Below are positions 9,700 to 18,122 of a stretch of 64,000 bases of DNA, in pieces. Source of the stretch: Candidatus Krumholzibacteriia bacterium (GTDB lineage: Bacteria > Krumholzibacteriota > Krumholzibacteriia > LZORAL124-64-63); assembly GCA_046484865.1 (NCBI GenBank), contig JAWOID010000079.1:19548-83547 (forward strand), written 5' to 3'. The notes beneath the pieces are model-generated. The model worked only from the letters and a program-made list of their open reading frames with translations, did not search any database and was not told the origin of the DNA. Every line of letters begins with the position of its first letter. Position 1 is the stretch's first letter. A program made the translations under genes and the position numbers.

Positions 9700-11228
9700 G
9701 CCGCCCCGCCCATGGATCGGGACCGCTGCTCGCGGTTCCAGTCCTCCTCGTAGATCCAGGACTGGATCACCTCGGCCACACGGTCCGGGTTCTCCGCCGC
9801 GTACTCCTGGACGTCCTCGATCATCTGGTCCGTCATGTCCGGCAGCCCCTCGAAGCGTTCGGGCGGGGCGACCGCCTCGCCGCCGCCGGCGGTCCGTCGC
9901 GCCGGAAACACCTCGGCGAGGACGCGCTCGAGGTTGCGGCGGAAGCTCAGCAGCAGTCCGACCAGCAGGGCAAGCAGGAACAGGCGACCGCCATACTGCG
10001 GCACCAGCTCCAGCCAGCGCGTGGCCGGCACGCCGCCGCTCGTCGGCGCGTCGCGCCGGTTCGAGAACGGCATGTTCACCACCTCGATCTGGTCGCCGCG
10101 CACCGAGTTCAGACCCACGGCCGTGGCGACGATGCGCCGGATCTGGTTCAGCTCGTCGTCGGGCAGGGGCCGATACACCGGTTCCCCGCCGCCCTCCGGC
10201 GCCGCCCAGACGCCGTCGACGAACACCGCCACCGACAGCGCCTTCACGCCGCCGGTCTCGCCCACGACGCGCTCGACGGTGCGGTTGATCTCGTAGTTCG
10301 TGACGCTGCTCTCGTCGTTGGCTCCGCTCTGCGTCTCGCTGGTCTCCTGCCTCTCTTCGCTGCGGACGACCGCTCCCTGGGGGTCGAAGATCTCGCGCTC
10401 GCGGTCGAGCTTCTCGAAGTTGAGCGTGGCGTCCACGCGCACGATGGCGCGGTCCGGGCCGAGCACCTCGCCCAGCATGCTCTGGGCCTTCTCGGTGAGG
10501 TGGAACTCGACCTCCTTCTTGAGAGCGAGCTGCCCCTCGCTGCGTCCGACGGAATCGTCGGCGTAGGCGGGCGACAGTTCCTTGCCGTGCTGGTCGATGA
10601 CCGTCACGTGCTCCGGCGTCAGCGCCTCCACGCTTCCCGCCACCAGGCTCCGGATGCCGGCGATCTGGGACTCGCTCGGGCGAGCCATCCGCTCCAGCCT
10701 CAGCACCACCGAGGCGGTGGCGGCCGACTCCTCGCGCCGGAAGATCGACGGCTTCGGCAGGACCAGGTGGACGCGCGCCGACTCGATGCCCTGCAGCGTC
10801 TCGATCGACTTCGTCAGTTCGCCCTCGAGGGCCCGCTTGAAGTTGACGTTCTGCAGGAACTCGGTGAGTCCGTACTGCTGTCCGTCGAAGATCTCGAAAC
10901 CCACCGTGCTAGCCGCCGGGATGCCCCGCGCCGCCAGGTCGACCCGCAGCCGGTGGACCCGCGATGCCGGCACCATCACCGTAGTGCCGCCGTTGGCCAG
11001 CCGGGCCGGCACGTCGAGCTTCGCGAGTTCCTCCAGGGCGGCCGATGCATCGGCCGGTCCCAGGTTCGCGAAGAGCACGGCCTGCTCCTCGCGGCCGAGC
11101 CACAGGCCGAACACGGTCATGCTGACCAGCGCCGCCACGGCCACTCCGCCCAGCACCACGCGCTGGCCGAAGGACAGCCCCTGCAGCCCCCGTCCGAACC
11201 TCGCGATCACGTCTCTGACGCCTGTCAC
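9696..11228 (-). CDS. fliF: MS-ring protein FliF
   Basis: GFEIFD..GLTEF..RALEGEL, ARVHLVLP, two TMs. Confidence 0.96.
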   Translation of the reverse strand: MTGVRDVIARFGRGLQGLSFGQRVVLGGVAVAALVSMTVFGLWLGREEQAVLFANLGPADASAALEELAKLDVPARLANGGTTVMVPASRVHRLRVDLAARGIPAASTVGFEIFDGQQYGLTEFLQNVNFKRALEGELTKSIETLQGIESARVHLVLPKPSIFRREESAATASVVLRLERMARPSESQIAGIRSLVAGSVEALTPEHVTVIDQHGKELSPAYADDSVGRSEGQLALKKEVEFHLTEKAQSMLGEVLGPDRAIVRVDATLNFEKLDREREIFDPQGAVVRSEERQETSETQSGANDESSVTNYEINRTVERVVGETGGVKALSVAVFVDGVWAAPEGGGEPVYRPLPDDELNQIRRIVATAVGLNSVRGDQIEVVNMPFSNRRDAPTSGGVPATRWLELVPQYGGRLFLLALLVGLLLSFRRNLERVLAEVFPARRTAGGGEAVAPPERFEGLPDMTDQMIEDVQEYAAENPDRVAEVIQSWIYEEDWNREQRSRSMGGAA

Positions 11229-11286
11229 GTCGTCTCCTCGGCTTGCCGACCCCGCCGGCGCCCCCGCTCACCAGACGCGGCGGACG

Positions 11287-11586
11287 CTACACCTGCATGC
11301 GCATGATCTCCTGGTACGACTCGAGCAGCTTGTTGCGCACCTCGAGCATCAGCTCGAACGCGAGCTGCGCCTCCTCGGCGGCCACCATGACGTCGTGGAC
11401 CTCGGTCATTTCGCCGCGCACCATCTGCTCCACCGTATCGTCCCGGTTCACCTGCAGGCGGTTCACCTCCTGCAGTGCCGACGAGAGCTGGCTCGCGAAG
11501 CCGCCCCGCGGCGTGGCGGCGGCCTGACCGCCGTAGACCTGGCGCGGGTCGATCGATCCCAGGGAACGCACCGGTCCGACGCTCAT
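11287..11586 (-). CDS. fliE: Hook-basal body protein FliE
   Basis: HDVMVA..VRNKLLESYQEIMRMQV. Confidence 0.96.
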   Translation of the reverse strand: MSVGPVRSLGSIDPRQVYGGQAAATPRGGFASQLSSALQEVNRLQVNRDDTVEQMVRGEMTEVHDVMVAAEEAQLAFELMLEVRNKLLESYQEIMRMQV

Positions 11587-11656
11587 CTGGCTCCTCCTCG
11601 GCGCCGCCTCACGACGCCCGGCTGCTTCCGCCCCCGTTCCGCCCGGGGCGGCCCGG

Positions 11657-12160
11657 CTAGATCTTCAGCGCGTCGTTGAACATCTCCTTGGCGGACTGCA
11701 CGGCGCTCACGTTGGCCTCGTAGGCCCGGCTGGCCGTGATCATGTCCACCATCTCGGTGATCACGTTGACGTTCGGCAGCAGCACGTAGCCCTCGGCATC
11801 GGCGTCGGGATGCCCGGGGTCGAAGACGACCCGGAAGTCCGACGCGTCCGCCGCCGTCGTCACCTCGGTGCGCACGCCGCAGGTGGTGTCGTCCTGCAGG
11901 GGGCGCAGGCCGGCCATGTGGGCGCGATGCGTGAGCGCGACGCGCGTGCCGCCCTCGTCGGCGTGGCGCAGGGGCGTGCGCTCGAGTCGCCGCTGCAGCA
12001 CCTCCTCGAAGACCGCCCGCTGACGCCGATAGGGCGTCCCGTCCTCGGTGCGCGTCGTCTCGGCATTGGCCAGGTTTCGCGCCACCACGTCCATCTTCAC
12101 GCGCTGGCCGCGCAGCCCGGTGGCGCTGATCCGGATGGAATCGAAGAGCCCCTTGCTCAC
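11657..12160 (-). CDS. flgC: Basal body rod protein FlgC
   Basis: NLANAETT..PYRRQ, DPGHPDA..GYV..PNVN..RAYEAN. Confidence 0.96.
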   Translation of the reverse strand: MSKGLFDSIRISATGLRGQRVKMDVVARNLANAETTRTEDGTPYRRQRAVFEEVLQRRLERTPLRHADEGGTRVALTHRAHMAGLRPLQDDTTCGVRTEVTTAADASDFRVVFDPGHPDADAEGYVLLPNVNVITEMVDMITASRAYEANVSAVQSAKEMFNDALKI

Positions 12161-12228
12161 GGTCGCCCCTTCCGCTCGGCCCGCACGTCCGTGCGGCGCC
12201 CCTGAATGCCGCCCGCCGCCGCCCCCGC

Positions 12229-12639
12229 CTACCGCATCTGGCCGCGAACCGCGCCGCGCAACAGGCCGTACTTCATGCTCAGCAGCCGCGTGGCGAGCCG
12301 GTAGCTGAGGTCGTTCGTCGCCAGGGCCGCCATCTCAGCGTCGACGTCCACGTCGTTGACGCCGTTGTCGTAGTCGACGCCGGTCTCCTGCACCTCGCCC
12401 ACGGCGTCTGCCAGGCCGCGCCGGCCCACGGGCAGGTGGTGCGCGTTCGTGCGCACGCCCTGCAACCGGCGGCTGGCGCCGTCCAGCTCCTCCTCGAAGC
12501 GGACGGCCCGCGACCGGTAGCCATCCGTCTGGACGTTGGCGATGTTCTCGGCCGTCACCTCGTGCCGACGTGCGTAGACGTCCAGCGCGACCTTCAGGTC
12601 GTCGAGGTGGCTCTTGCCGAAGATGCCGCTCGTCACCAT
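12229..12639 (-). CDS. flgB: Basal body rod protein FlgB
   Basis: ENIANVQTDGY, NDVDVDAEM. Confidence 0.95.
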   Translation of the reverse strand: MVTSGIFGKSHLDDLKVALDVYARRHEVTAENIANVQTDGYRSRAVRFEEELDGASRRLQGVRTNAHHLPVGRRGLADAVGEVQETGVDYDNGVNDVDVDAEMAALATNDLSYRLATRLLSMKYGLLRGAVRGQMR

Positions 12640-12643
12640 GCCG

Positions 12644-14014
12644 TCACCCCGGGATCTCGACGCCGAGGTCGGTGTACAGGTGCAGCTTGTTGCGCAGCGT
12701 GCGGACGCTGATCCCCAGCTCCGCAGCCGCCCGCGTGCGATTGCCGCCCGTGCTGCGCAGCTTGCGCAGGATCAGCTGCTGCTCCATGTCCTTCAGCGTC
12801 GTCGCCTCGGAGAACTGCGGTTCGCCGCGCACCCCGTCCATCTCGTCGGCCAGACCGAGGATGCTCTCGTCCAGCGCCGTGCCGCGCGACATCACCACCG
12901 CACGCTCCACCACGTTCTGGAGCTGGCGCACGTTGCCCGGCCAGTCCAGACGGATGAGTCCGCGCATCGCGTCCTCGCCGATGGCGAGCACCGGCTTGGC
13001 GTTCTCGGCGCAGAACGTGCGGCAGAAGTGGTTGGTCAGCAGGGGGATGTCCTCCTTGCGCTGGCGCAGCGGCGGTATGGGCAGCGGGATGACGTTCAGA
13101 CGGAAGTAGAGGTCCTCCCGGAATTCCCTCGCCTCGATCGCTTCCTGCAGGTTGCGGTTGGTCGTGGCGATGATGCGCACGTCCGCCCGCGTGGGCTCCT
13201 TCGCGCCCAGGCGCGTGAACTCGCGTTCCTGCAGCACCCGCAGCAGCTTGGCCTGCATCGCGTAGGCCATCTCGCTGATCTCGTCCAGCAGCAGGGTGCC
13301 GCCGTCCGCCAGTTCGAACTTGCCGGGCCGGGCCTGGATCGCGCCCGTGAAGGCGCCGCGCTCGTGCCCGAACAGCTCCGACTCCAGCAGCGGCTCGGGG
13401 ATGGCGGCGCAGTTGATGCGCACGAACGGCCCGTCCCGCCGGCAGCCGGCGTTGTGAATGGCGCGGGCCGCCACCTCCTTGCCCGTTCCGCTCTCGCCCT
13501 GCAGCAGCACCGTGCCGCGACTGTCGGCGATCATCTGGATGGTCTCGCGCAGGCGCACGATGGCCGGGCTGTTGCCCAGCATGCCGTGGTGCTCGCGGGC
13601 CGAGCGCAGCGTCGAGCGCAGGCTGCGGTTCTCGTCGCGCAGCGCGCGCAGTTCGAACGCCCTGCCCAGGGCGTGCTCGAGCTGGTCGAGACCGAAGGGC
13701 TTGGGGAGGTAGTCCACCGCGCCCTCCTTGGTGGCCTGCACGGCCTCCTTGATGGTGCCGAAGGCCGTCATCATGATCACCAGCGGCGGCGGCGAGACGG
13801 CGGCCTGGATGTCGGCCAGCAGCGTCAGACCGTCGCCCCCGGGCATGCGCACGTCGCTGAGGACCACGTCGCAGGGCTCGCGCCGCAGCAACTCGATGGC
13901 CTCGCCGCCGTGACGCGCCGTTCGCACGCGATACCGCCCGGAGAGGGAGGCGCTGAGGAAGTCGCGCATGGTGGATTCGTCGTCGACCACGAGGATGCTG
14001 AGCTTGCTCGCCAT
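12644..14014 (-). CDS. sigma54-dependent response regulator (REC-AAA+-Fis HTH), FleR/FlrC/FlgR-like
   Basis: VVDDE/SDVRMP/PKPF receiver, [26 protein letters not shown]; 4 nt upstream of flgB. Confidence 0.93.
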   Translation of the reverse strand: MASKLSILVVDDESTMRDFLSASLSGRYRVRTARHGGEAIELLRREPCDVVLSDVRMPGGDGLTLLADIQAAVSPPPLVIMMTAFGTIKEAVQATKEGAVDYLPKPFGLDQLEHALGRAFELRALRDENRSLRSTLRSAREHHGMLGNSPAIVRLRETIQMIADSRGTVLLQGESGTGKEVAARAIHNAGCRRDGPFVRINCAAIPEPLLESELFGHERGAFTGAIQARPGKFELADGGTLLLDEISEMAYAMQAKLLRVLQEREFTRLGAKEPTRADVRIIATTNRNLQEAIEAREFREDLYFRLNVIPLPIPPLRQRKEDIPLLTNHFCRTFCAENAKPVLAIGEDAMRGLIRLDWPGNVRQLQNVVERAVVMSRGTALDESILGLADEMDGVRGEPQFSEATTLKDMEQQLILRKLRSTGGNRTRAAAELGISVRTLRNKLHLYTDLGVEIPG

Positions 14015-14016
14015 GA

Positions 14017-14808
14017 TCAGGATCCGCTCCCCTCTGCAGCCATCGGGACCGCGCCGCCGGCGCTGGTACGCGCCACGTCCAGCGAGGCCACCGTTCCCAT
14101 GCCCGGCACGCTCGCCAGCGACCAGGCCAGTCCGTACATCTCCGCGATCGTGTCGACCCGCGCCAGACCCACGCCCAGGCGGCCGTCCTTGGTGGTGACG
14201 AAGGGATCGATCGCCTCCTCCGGCGCCAGGCCCGCGAGGAGTCCGCGGCCGTCGTCGCCCACGCTCAGCACCAGGCGGCCTTCGCCCCGCTCACCGGTGC
14301 GCCGGCGCACGCCCAGGCGGACGGTCACGCGCCCCGGATCGTCGCGTCCGTTCCCTTCCGCGCAGTTGGCCAGCAACTCGGCCAGGATCAGCTCCAGATC
14401 GCAGTCGGGCATCAGCAGCTCGCCCGTCCCGTCCGGCAGCGCCGCCACCACGAGGTTGCGGTGGCGTCGCGTCGCGCGTTCGGCGGCCCGCGCCAGCACA
14501 CCGGTCAGGTCGCCGCCCGCCGCGGCCGGCGGTTCGGGGAAGGCCATGTCCTGGACCGACCGGTAGATGGCCTCGAGCCGCTCGACCTCGGCGATGATCT
14601 TCCGGGCCCAGCGGCCGTCGCGGTCGCCGTCGCCGGCAACGCTGCGTGCGGCGATGAGGCTGGCGTAGCCCTTGATGCCGCACAGGCTGTTGCTCGTCTT
14701 GTGCAGGTAGCCGTGCAGCAGGCGGCCCCGCCGGTCGCGCCGCCGGCGCGGCGGCCGGTCGGCCGGACCCGCGTGAGCGCCCTCGGGCAGCTTCAGCGCC
14801 GGTTCCAT
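14017..14808 (-). CDS. Sensorless, atypical histidine kinase-family protein (HisKA-HATPase)
   Basis: Start MEPALK (GGAGGAGG RBS); H-box LHKTSNSL, N-box ELLAN, DDGRG, PFVTTK, GVGL. Confidence 0.8.
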   Translation of the reverse strand: MEPALKLPEGAHAGPADRPPRRRRDRRGRLLHGYLHKTSNSLCGIKGYASLIAARSVAGDGDRDGRWARKIIAEVERLEAIYRSVQDMAFPEPPAAAGGDLTGVLARAAERATRRHRNLVVAALPDGTGELLMPDCDLELILAELLANCAEGNGRDDPGRVTVRLGVRRRTGERGEGRLVLSVGDDGRGLLAGLAPEEAIDPFVTTKDGRLGVGLARVDTIAEMYGLAWSLASVPGMGTVASLDVARTSAGGAVPMAAEGSGS

Positions 14809-15242
14809 GCGACCTCCTCCACCCCGGCAGCCAGCGGCGCGCCTCCCCGGCACTGGCCCAGCAGTTCGCGGTCGCACATCTCCTCGCAACGGATGATGTC
14901 CTCGATCACCGTGCTCACCTCGCGCAGCGACCGGTGCAGGCGCGCCTTCGCCTCCGGGCTCCAGTGTGCACGTCCGGCCCGCCACTGTTCCTTGCTGCGG
15001 CGTTCGGTCAGCTCCAGGCGCCCGATGTCCACCAGGCACGCCTTCTTCTGCTCGAGGAGATTCCGGATCTCGGCCATGGGGGCGCCGCGACGCAGCGCCT
15101 CCAGCTCCGTCCGGCCGAACTCGCGGACGCGCCGGTAGATCGTCGCCTGTTCCCGGTAAAGGCTTTCGAGCCGCTCCACCAGCCGCGCCTCCGCGCCGCC
15201 GGCGCGAGGCGACTCAGCGGCCGTAGAAGGGTGCGGTGCCAT
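14793..15242 (-). CDS. FlgN-like helical-bundle protein of unknown function
   Basis: Amphipathic helices (LESLYREQATIYRRV..LLEQKKACL); overlaps both neighbours. Confidence 0.6.
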   Translation of the reverse strand: MAPHPSTAAESPRAGGAEARLVERLESLYREQATIYRRVREFGRTELEALRRGAPMAEIRNLLEQKKACLVDIGRLELTERRSKEQWRAGRAHWSPEAKARLHRSLREVSTVIEDIIRCEEMCDRELLGQCRGGAPLAAGVEEVAWNRR

Positions 15243-16314
15243 AAGGCTCCCCCTCCTTCCGGATCCGGGCCAGTTCGCGAGCGGTGGCCGCCAGCTCGCC
15301 GCTCGCGGTGCTCCACGGCCCCTCGACCCGGACCTCGGCGAGCCGCAGCAGCCGCTCGGCGGCGCGGTCGAACCGCGCCTCGGTCAGATCGAGGCAGGCC
15401 AGGTGGAACTCGGCGTGCAATCGCGCCCGTTCGAGGCCGCAATGGGCCAGCACGCCGTAAAGCTCGCGGGCGGTGCGGTGATCTCCGAGCAGGAAGAAGA
15501 GATCGGGCATGGCGGTCAGGGCCCAGGTCCGCTGGTCCTCGGCGAGGTCGCGGGAGAGTCCACCGCCCGCCATGAGCAGCCGCAGCTGCGCCAGAGCGTC
15601 GTCCCGGCGAGCGCGCGCCGCCAGGCCGAACGCGTACCAGTACCGCAAGTGGTCTCCCAGTTCCGCGTCGTGGGCGTCGAGGTTGGCGAGCAGCCGATCC
15701 AGGAGGTGGTCGTCGCCGCTGCCGGTCGCGTGACGCACGGCGATGACGATCTCCCGCTCGCGCCCGGTCACGCCCTCGGTCGCGGCGGTGGCGGCCAGGC
15801 GGGCTGCCAGCACGACACTGTCTCCCAGCGCCACGGCGGCCGCCAGGGCCTCGCGCCGGACCTCGGCACGGAAGGCGCCGCTGGTGTCCCGTGCGGCGGC
15901 ACGGTCGAACCAGACCAGCGCGCTGTCCCACTCCGCAAGGCCGAGGTAGTTGCGGGCCATGCTCAGCGCGTGGCCGGCGCCGCCACCGGAGCCGTGCCCG
16001 GAGTTCCGTTCAGCGTCCGCGACCGCGCGCGCCACGGCCAGGTGACGGTGCGGGTTCTCCTCGCCCGCGGGCAGCGGCTGCAGATCGAAGGGGTAGAGCG
16101 GCGGCGCCTCGTCAAGGCCTCGGGCCTGCCTGGCCGCCACGGTCTGCTCCAGCGAGTGGAGCCACTGCAGGTAGCCGTCGGCCTCCTCGCGCATCAGCGG
16201 CGGCGGCGCCGTCGGCGCGGCCGCCGGTGCCTCCCCGGGCCGGAGCGAGGCCAGCAGCAGCACGGCCAGAAGGCCGGCCGTGGTGCTGGTGAGTGTCGAA
16301 CGGATCGATGGCAA
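15214..16314 (-). CDS. Exported TPR-like/alpha-solenoid protein
   Basis: Likely TTG start after AAGGGGA (ORF-track ATG at 16344 lies about 5 nt from the predicted TSS); hydrophobic signal GLLAVLLLASL; TPR-like YLGLAEWDSALVWF, YWYAFGLA, FHLACLDL. Confidence 0.65.
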   Translation of the reverse strand: MPSIRSTLTSTTAGLLAVLLLASLRPGEAPAAAPTAPPPLMREEADGYLQWLHSLEQTVAARQARGLDEAPPLYPFDLQPLPAGEENPHRHLAVARAVADAERNSGHGSGGGAGHALSMARNYLGLAEWDSALVWFDRAAARDTSGAFRAEVRREALAAAVALGDSVVLAARLAATAATEGVTGREREIVIAVRHATGSGDDHLLDRLLANLDAHDAELGDHLRYWYAFGLAARARRDDALAQLRLLMAGGGLSRDLAEDQRTWALTAMPDLFFLLGDHRTARELYGVLAHCGLERARLHAEFHLACLDLTEARFDRAAERLLRLAEVRVEGPWSTASGELAATARELARIRKEGEPYGTAPFYGR

Positions 16315-16359
16315 CTTCTTCCCCTTGTCGGCAGCGACATCCATAAGGACGCGCCGTCC

Positions 16360-16374
16360 GCAAGGGTCGTGCCC
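16360..16374 (-). promoter_or_regulatory. sigma54 promoter for TPR-FlgN-like-HK-RR-flgBC-fliEFGHIJ
   Basis: GGGCAC-GACCC-TTGC (GG-N10-GC) in the intergenic gap. Confidence 0.75.
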
Positions 16375-16655
16375 CTGCCGAGGGGCCCGAATTCACGCCC
16401 GCACGGCCGTCGCGGCGGTGTTCCGAGGCCGGGCTCTGCTCACCGATGATCAGATTACGGCCACCGGGACCGTGGCCTGCAGGGTGGGAAGAAAGCGACC
16501 GCCGACAGGCGGGGCGCCGCCGGACGCGAGGGCGGCGGCGCCTGCGGCGGCGGTCGCGGCAGCGGCCGCGGCGGCAGCTGCCGCCGGCGGTCAGGGGAGA
16601 ACGGAGACGGGCCGCCGCGCGCGGCCGGATGCCCGCGCCCGACGGCCCGTCCAGT

Positions 16656-18122
16656 TCATCCTTCGGCTCGGCCGGCGAGCGGCTCGTCCTGGTCGCCGTC
16701 GTCCGCGCTGTTCGCCTGCTCGTAGAGGCGCAGCTTCTCGCGCAGGGTCTGCCGGCTGATCCCCAGGATGCGTGCCGCCTTCGACTTGTTGTTGTCCGTC
16801 ATCTCCAGGAGATAGAGGATGTGCTGCTTCTCCACCTCGGCCAGCGGCCGGAGGCCGTGGCCCGCCGTGCCCGCCGGCATCCCCATGCCCCGCGGGTTGC
16901 GTCCTTCCCGGACGTGCGGTGGGAAATGCTGCGGCTCGAGCCGGCGCGGCTCCTCCAGGATCATGATGCGCTTGAGCATGTTCTTCAGCTCTCGCACGTT
17001 GCCGGGCCACGGGTACCGTTGCAGCACCTCCAGGAGCTGTGCGCTCACGGGTTCCGCCTCCACCCCGAGTGTTCCCTCGAACTCCCGCAGGAAGTGGTTC
17101 ACCAGCACCTCGAGATCCTGCGGCCGCTCCCGCAGCGGCGGCACGTCGATCTCCACCACCTGCAGCCGGTAGTAGAGGTCGTTGCGGAAGGCGCCGGCCT
17201 CGATGGCCTCGGCCAGCCGCCGGTTCGTGGCCGCGACGATGCGGGCGTTCACCGTCAGCTCGTCCTTGCCGCCGACGCGGCGGAAGCGGCGATTCTCCAG
17301 CACCCGCAGCAGGCGGCTCTGGAGGAGGATGCCCATCTCGCCGATCTCGTCCAGGAAGATGGTCCCCTGCGCCGCCAGCTCGAAGAGCCCTTCCTTGCGG
17401 GCCTTGGCGTCGGTGAACGCGCCCTTCTCATAGCCGAACAGCTCGCTCTCGAGGAGCGTCTCGGGAACGGCGGCACAGTTGATCTCCATGAAGGGCTCGT
17501 CGCGGGTGCCGCTCACCTCGTGGACGGCGCGCGCAACGATCTCCTTGCCGGAGCCGGACTCGCCCTGGATCAGCACCGAGGTGTCGTTGCCGCTGCGGCT
17601 CTTGCCGATCTTCTCGAGGACGCGCGCCACGCCGGCCAGGCCGGGGCACGCCGCGATCATCTCCATCGAGACGCCGTCCGAAGCGGCCGCGGCGGCCGCA
17701 GCGACGGCGACGGCCGCGGCGGGACGCTCGATCGCCTCGTCGACGCTCTCCGGATCGCGCGCCGCGCGCAGGGCGGCGCGCACCTGCTTCTTCATCGTGC
17801 CGAGCTTGAACGGCTTGGGGATGAAGTCGTAGGCCCCGAAGCGCATCGCCGCCACGGCGGTGTCCACGTCGCCGTACGCCGTCATCATGATCACCGGCGT
17901 GGTCTTGCCCTGGTTGCGCAGCGCCTTCAGGATGTCCAGGCCGCTCACCCCGGGCAGGCGCAGGTCGGTGACCAGCAGGTCGAAGGCTTCGCCGTGCGCC
18001 CGCGCCAGCGCCTCCTCTCCGCTCTCGGCCGCGACCACCTCGTAGCCCTCCGCGCCGAGCGCCTCCACCAGCGACATGCGAATGGTGGCCTCGTCGTCGA
18101 CGACCAGGATCTTCTTGCTCAT
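16656..18122 (-). CDS. sigma54-dependent response regulator (REC-AAA+-HTH)
   Basis: VVDDE/TDLRLP/PKPF, GESGSGKE, GAFTDA, ILGISRQTLREKL. Confidence 0.93.
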   Translation of the reverse strand: MSKKILVVDDEATIRMSLVEALGAEGYEVVAAESGEEALARAHGEAFDLLVTDLRLPGVSGLDILKALRNQGKTTPVIMMTAYGDVDTAVAAMRFGAYDFIPKPFKLGTMKKQVRAALRAARDPESVDEAIERPAAAVAVAAAAAAASDGVSMEMIAACPGLAGVARVLEKIGKSRSGNDTSVLIQGESGSGKEIVARAVHEVSGTRDEPFMEINCAAVPETLLESELFGYEKGAFTDAKARKEGLFELAAQGTIFLDEIGEMGILLQSRLLRVLENRRFRRVGGKDELTVNARIVAATNRRLAEAIEAGAFRNDLYYRLQVVEIDVPPLRERPQDLEVLVNHFLREFEGTLGVEAEPVSAQLLEVLQRYPWPGNVRELKNMLKRIMILEEPRRLEPQHFPPHVREGRNPRGMGMPAGTAGHGLRPLAEVEKQHILYLLEMTDNNKSKAARILGISRQTLREKLRLYEQANSADDGDQDEPLAGRAEG

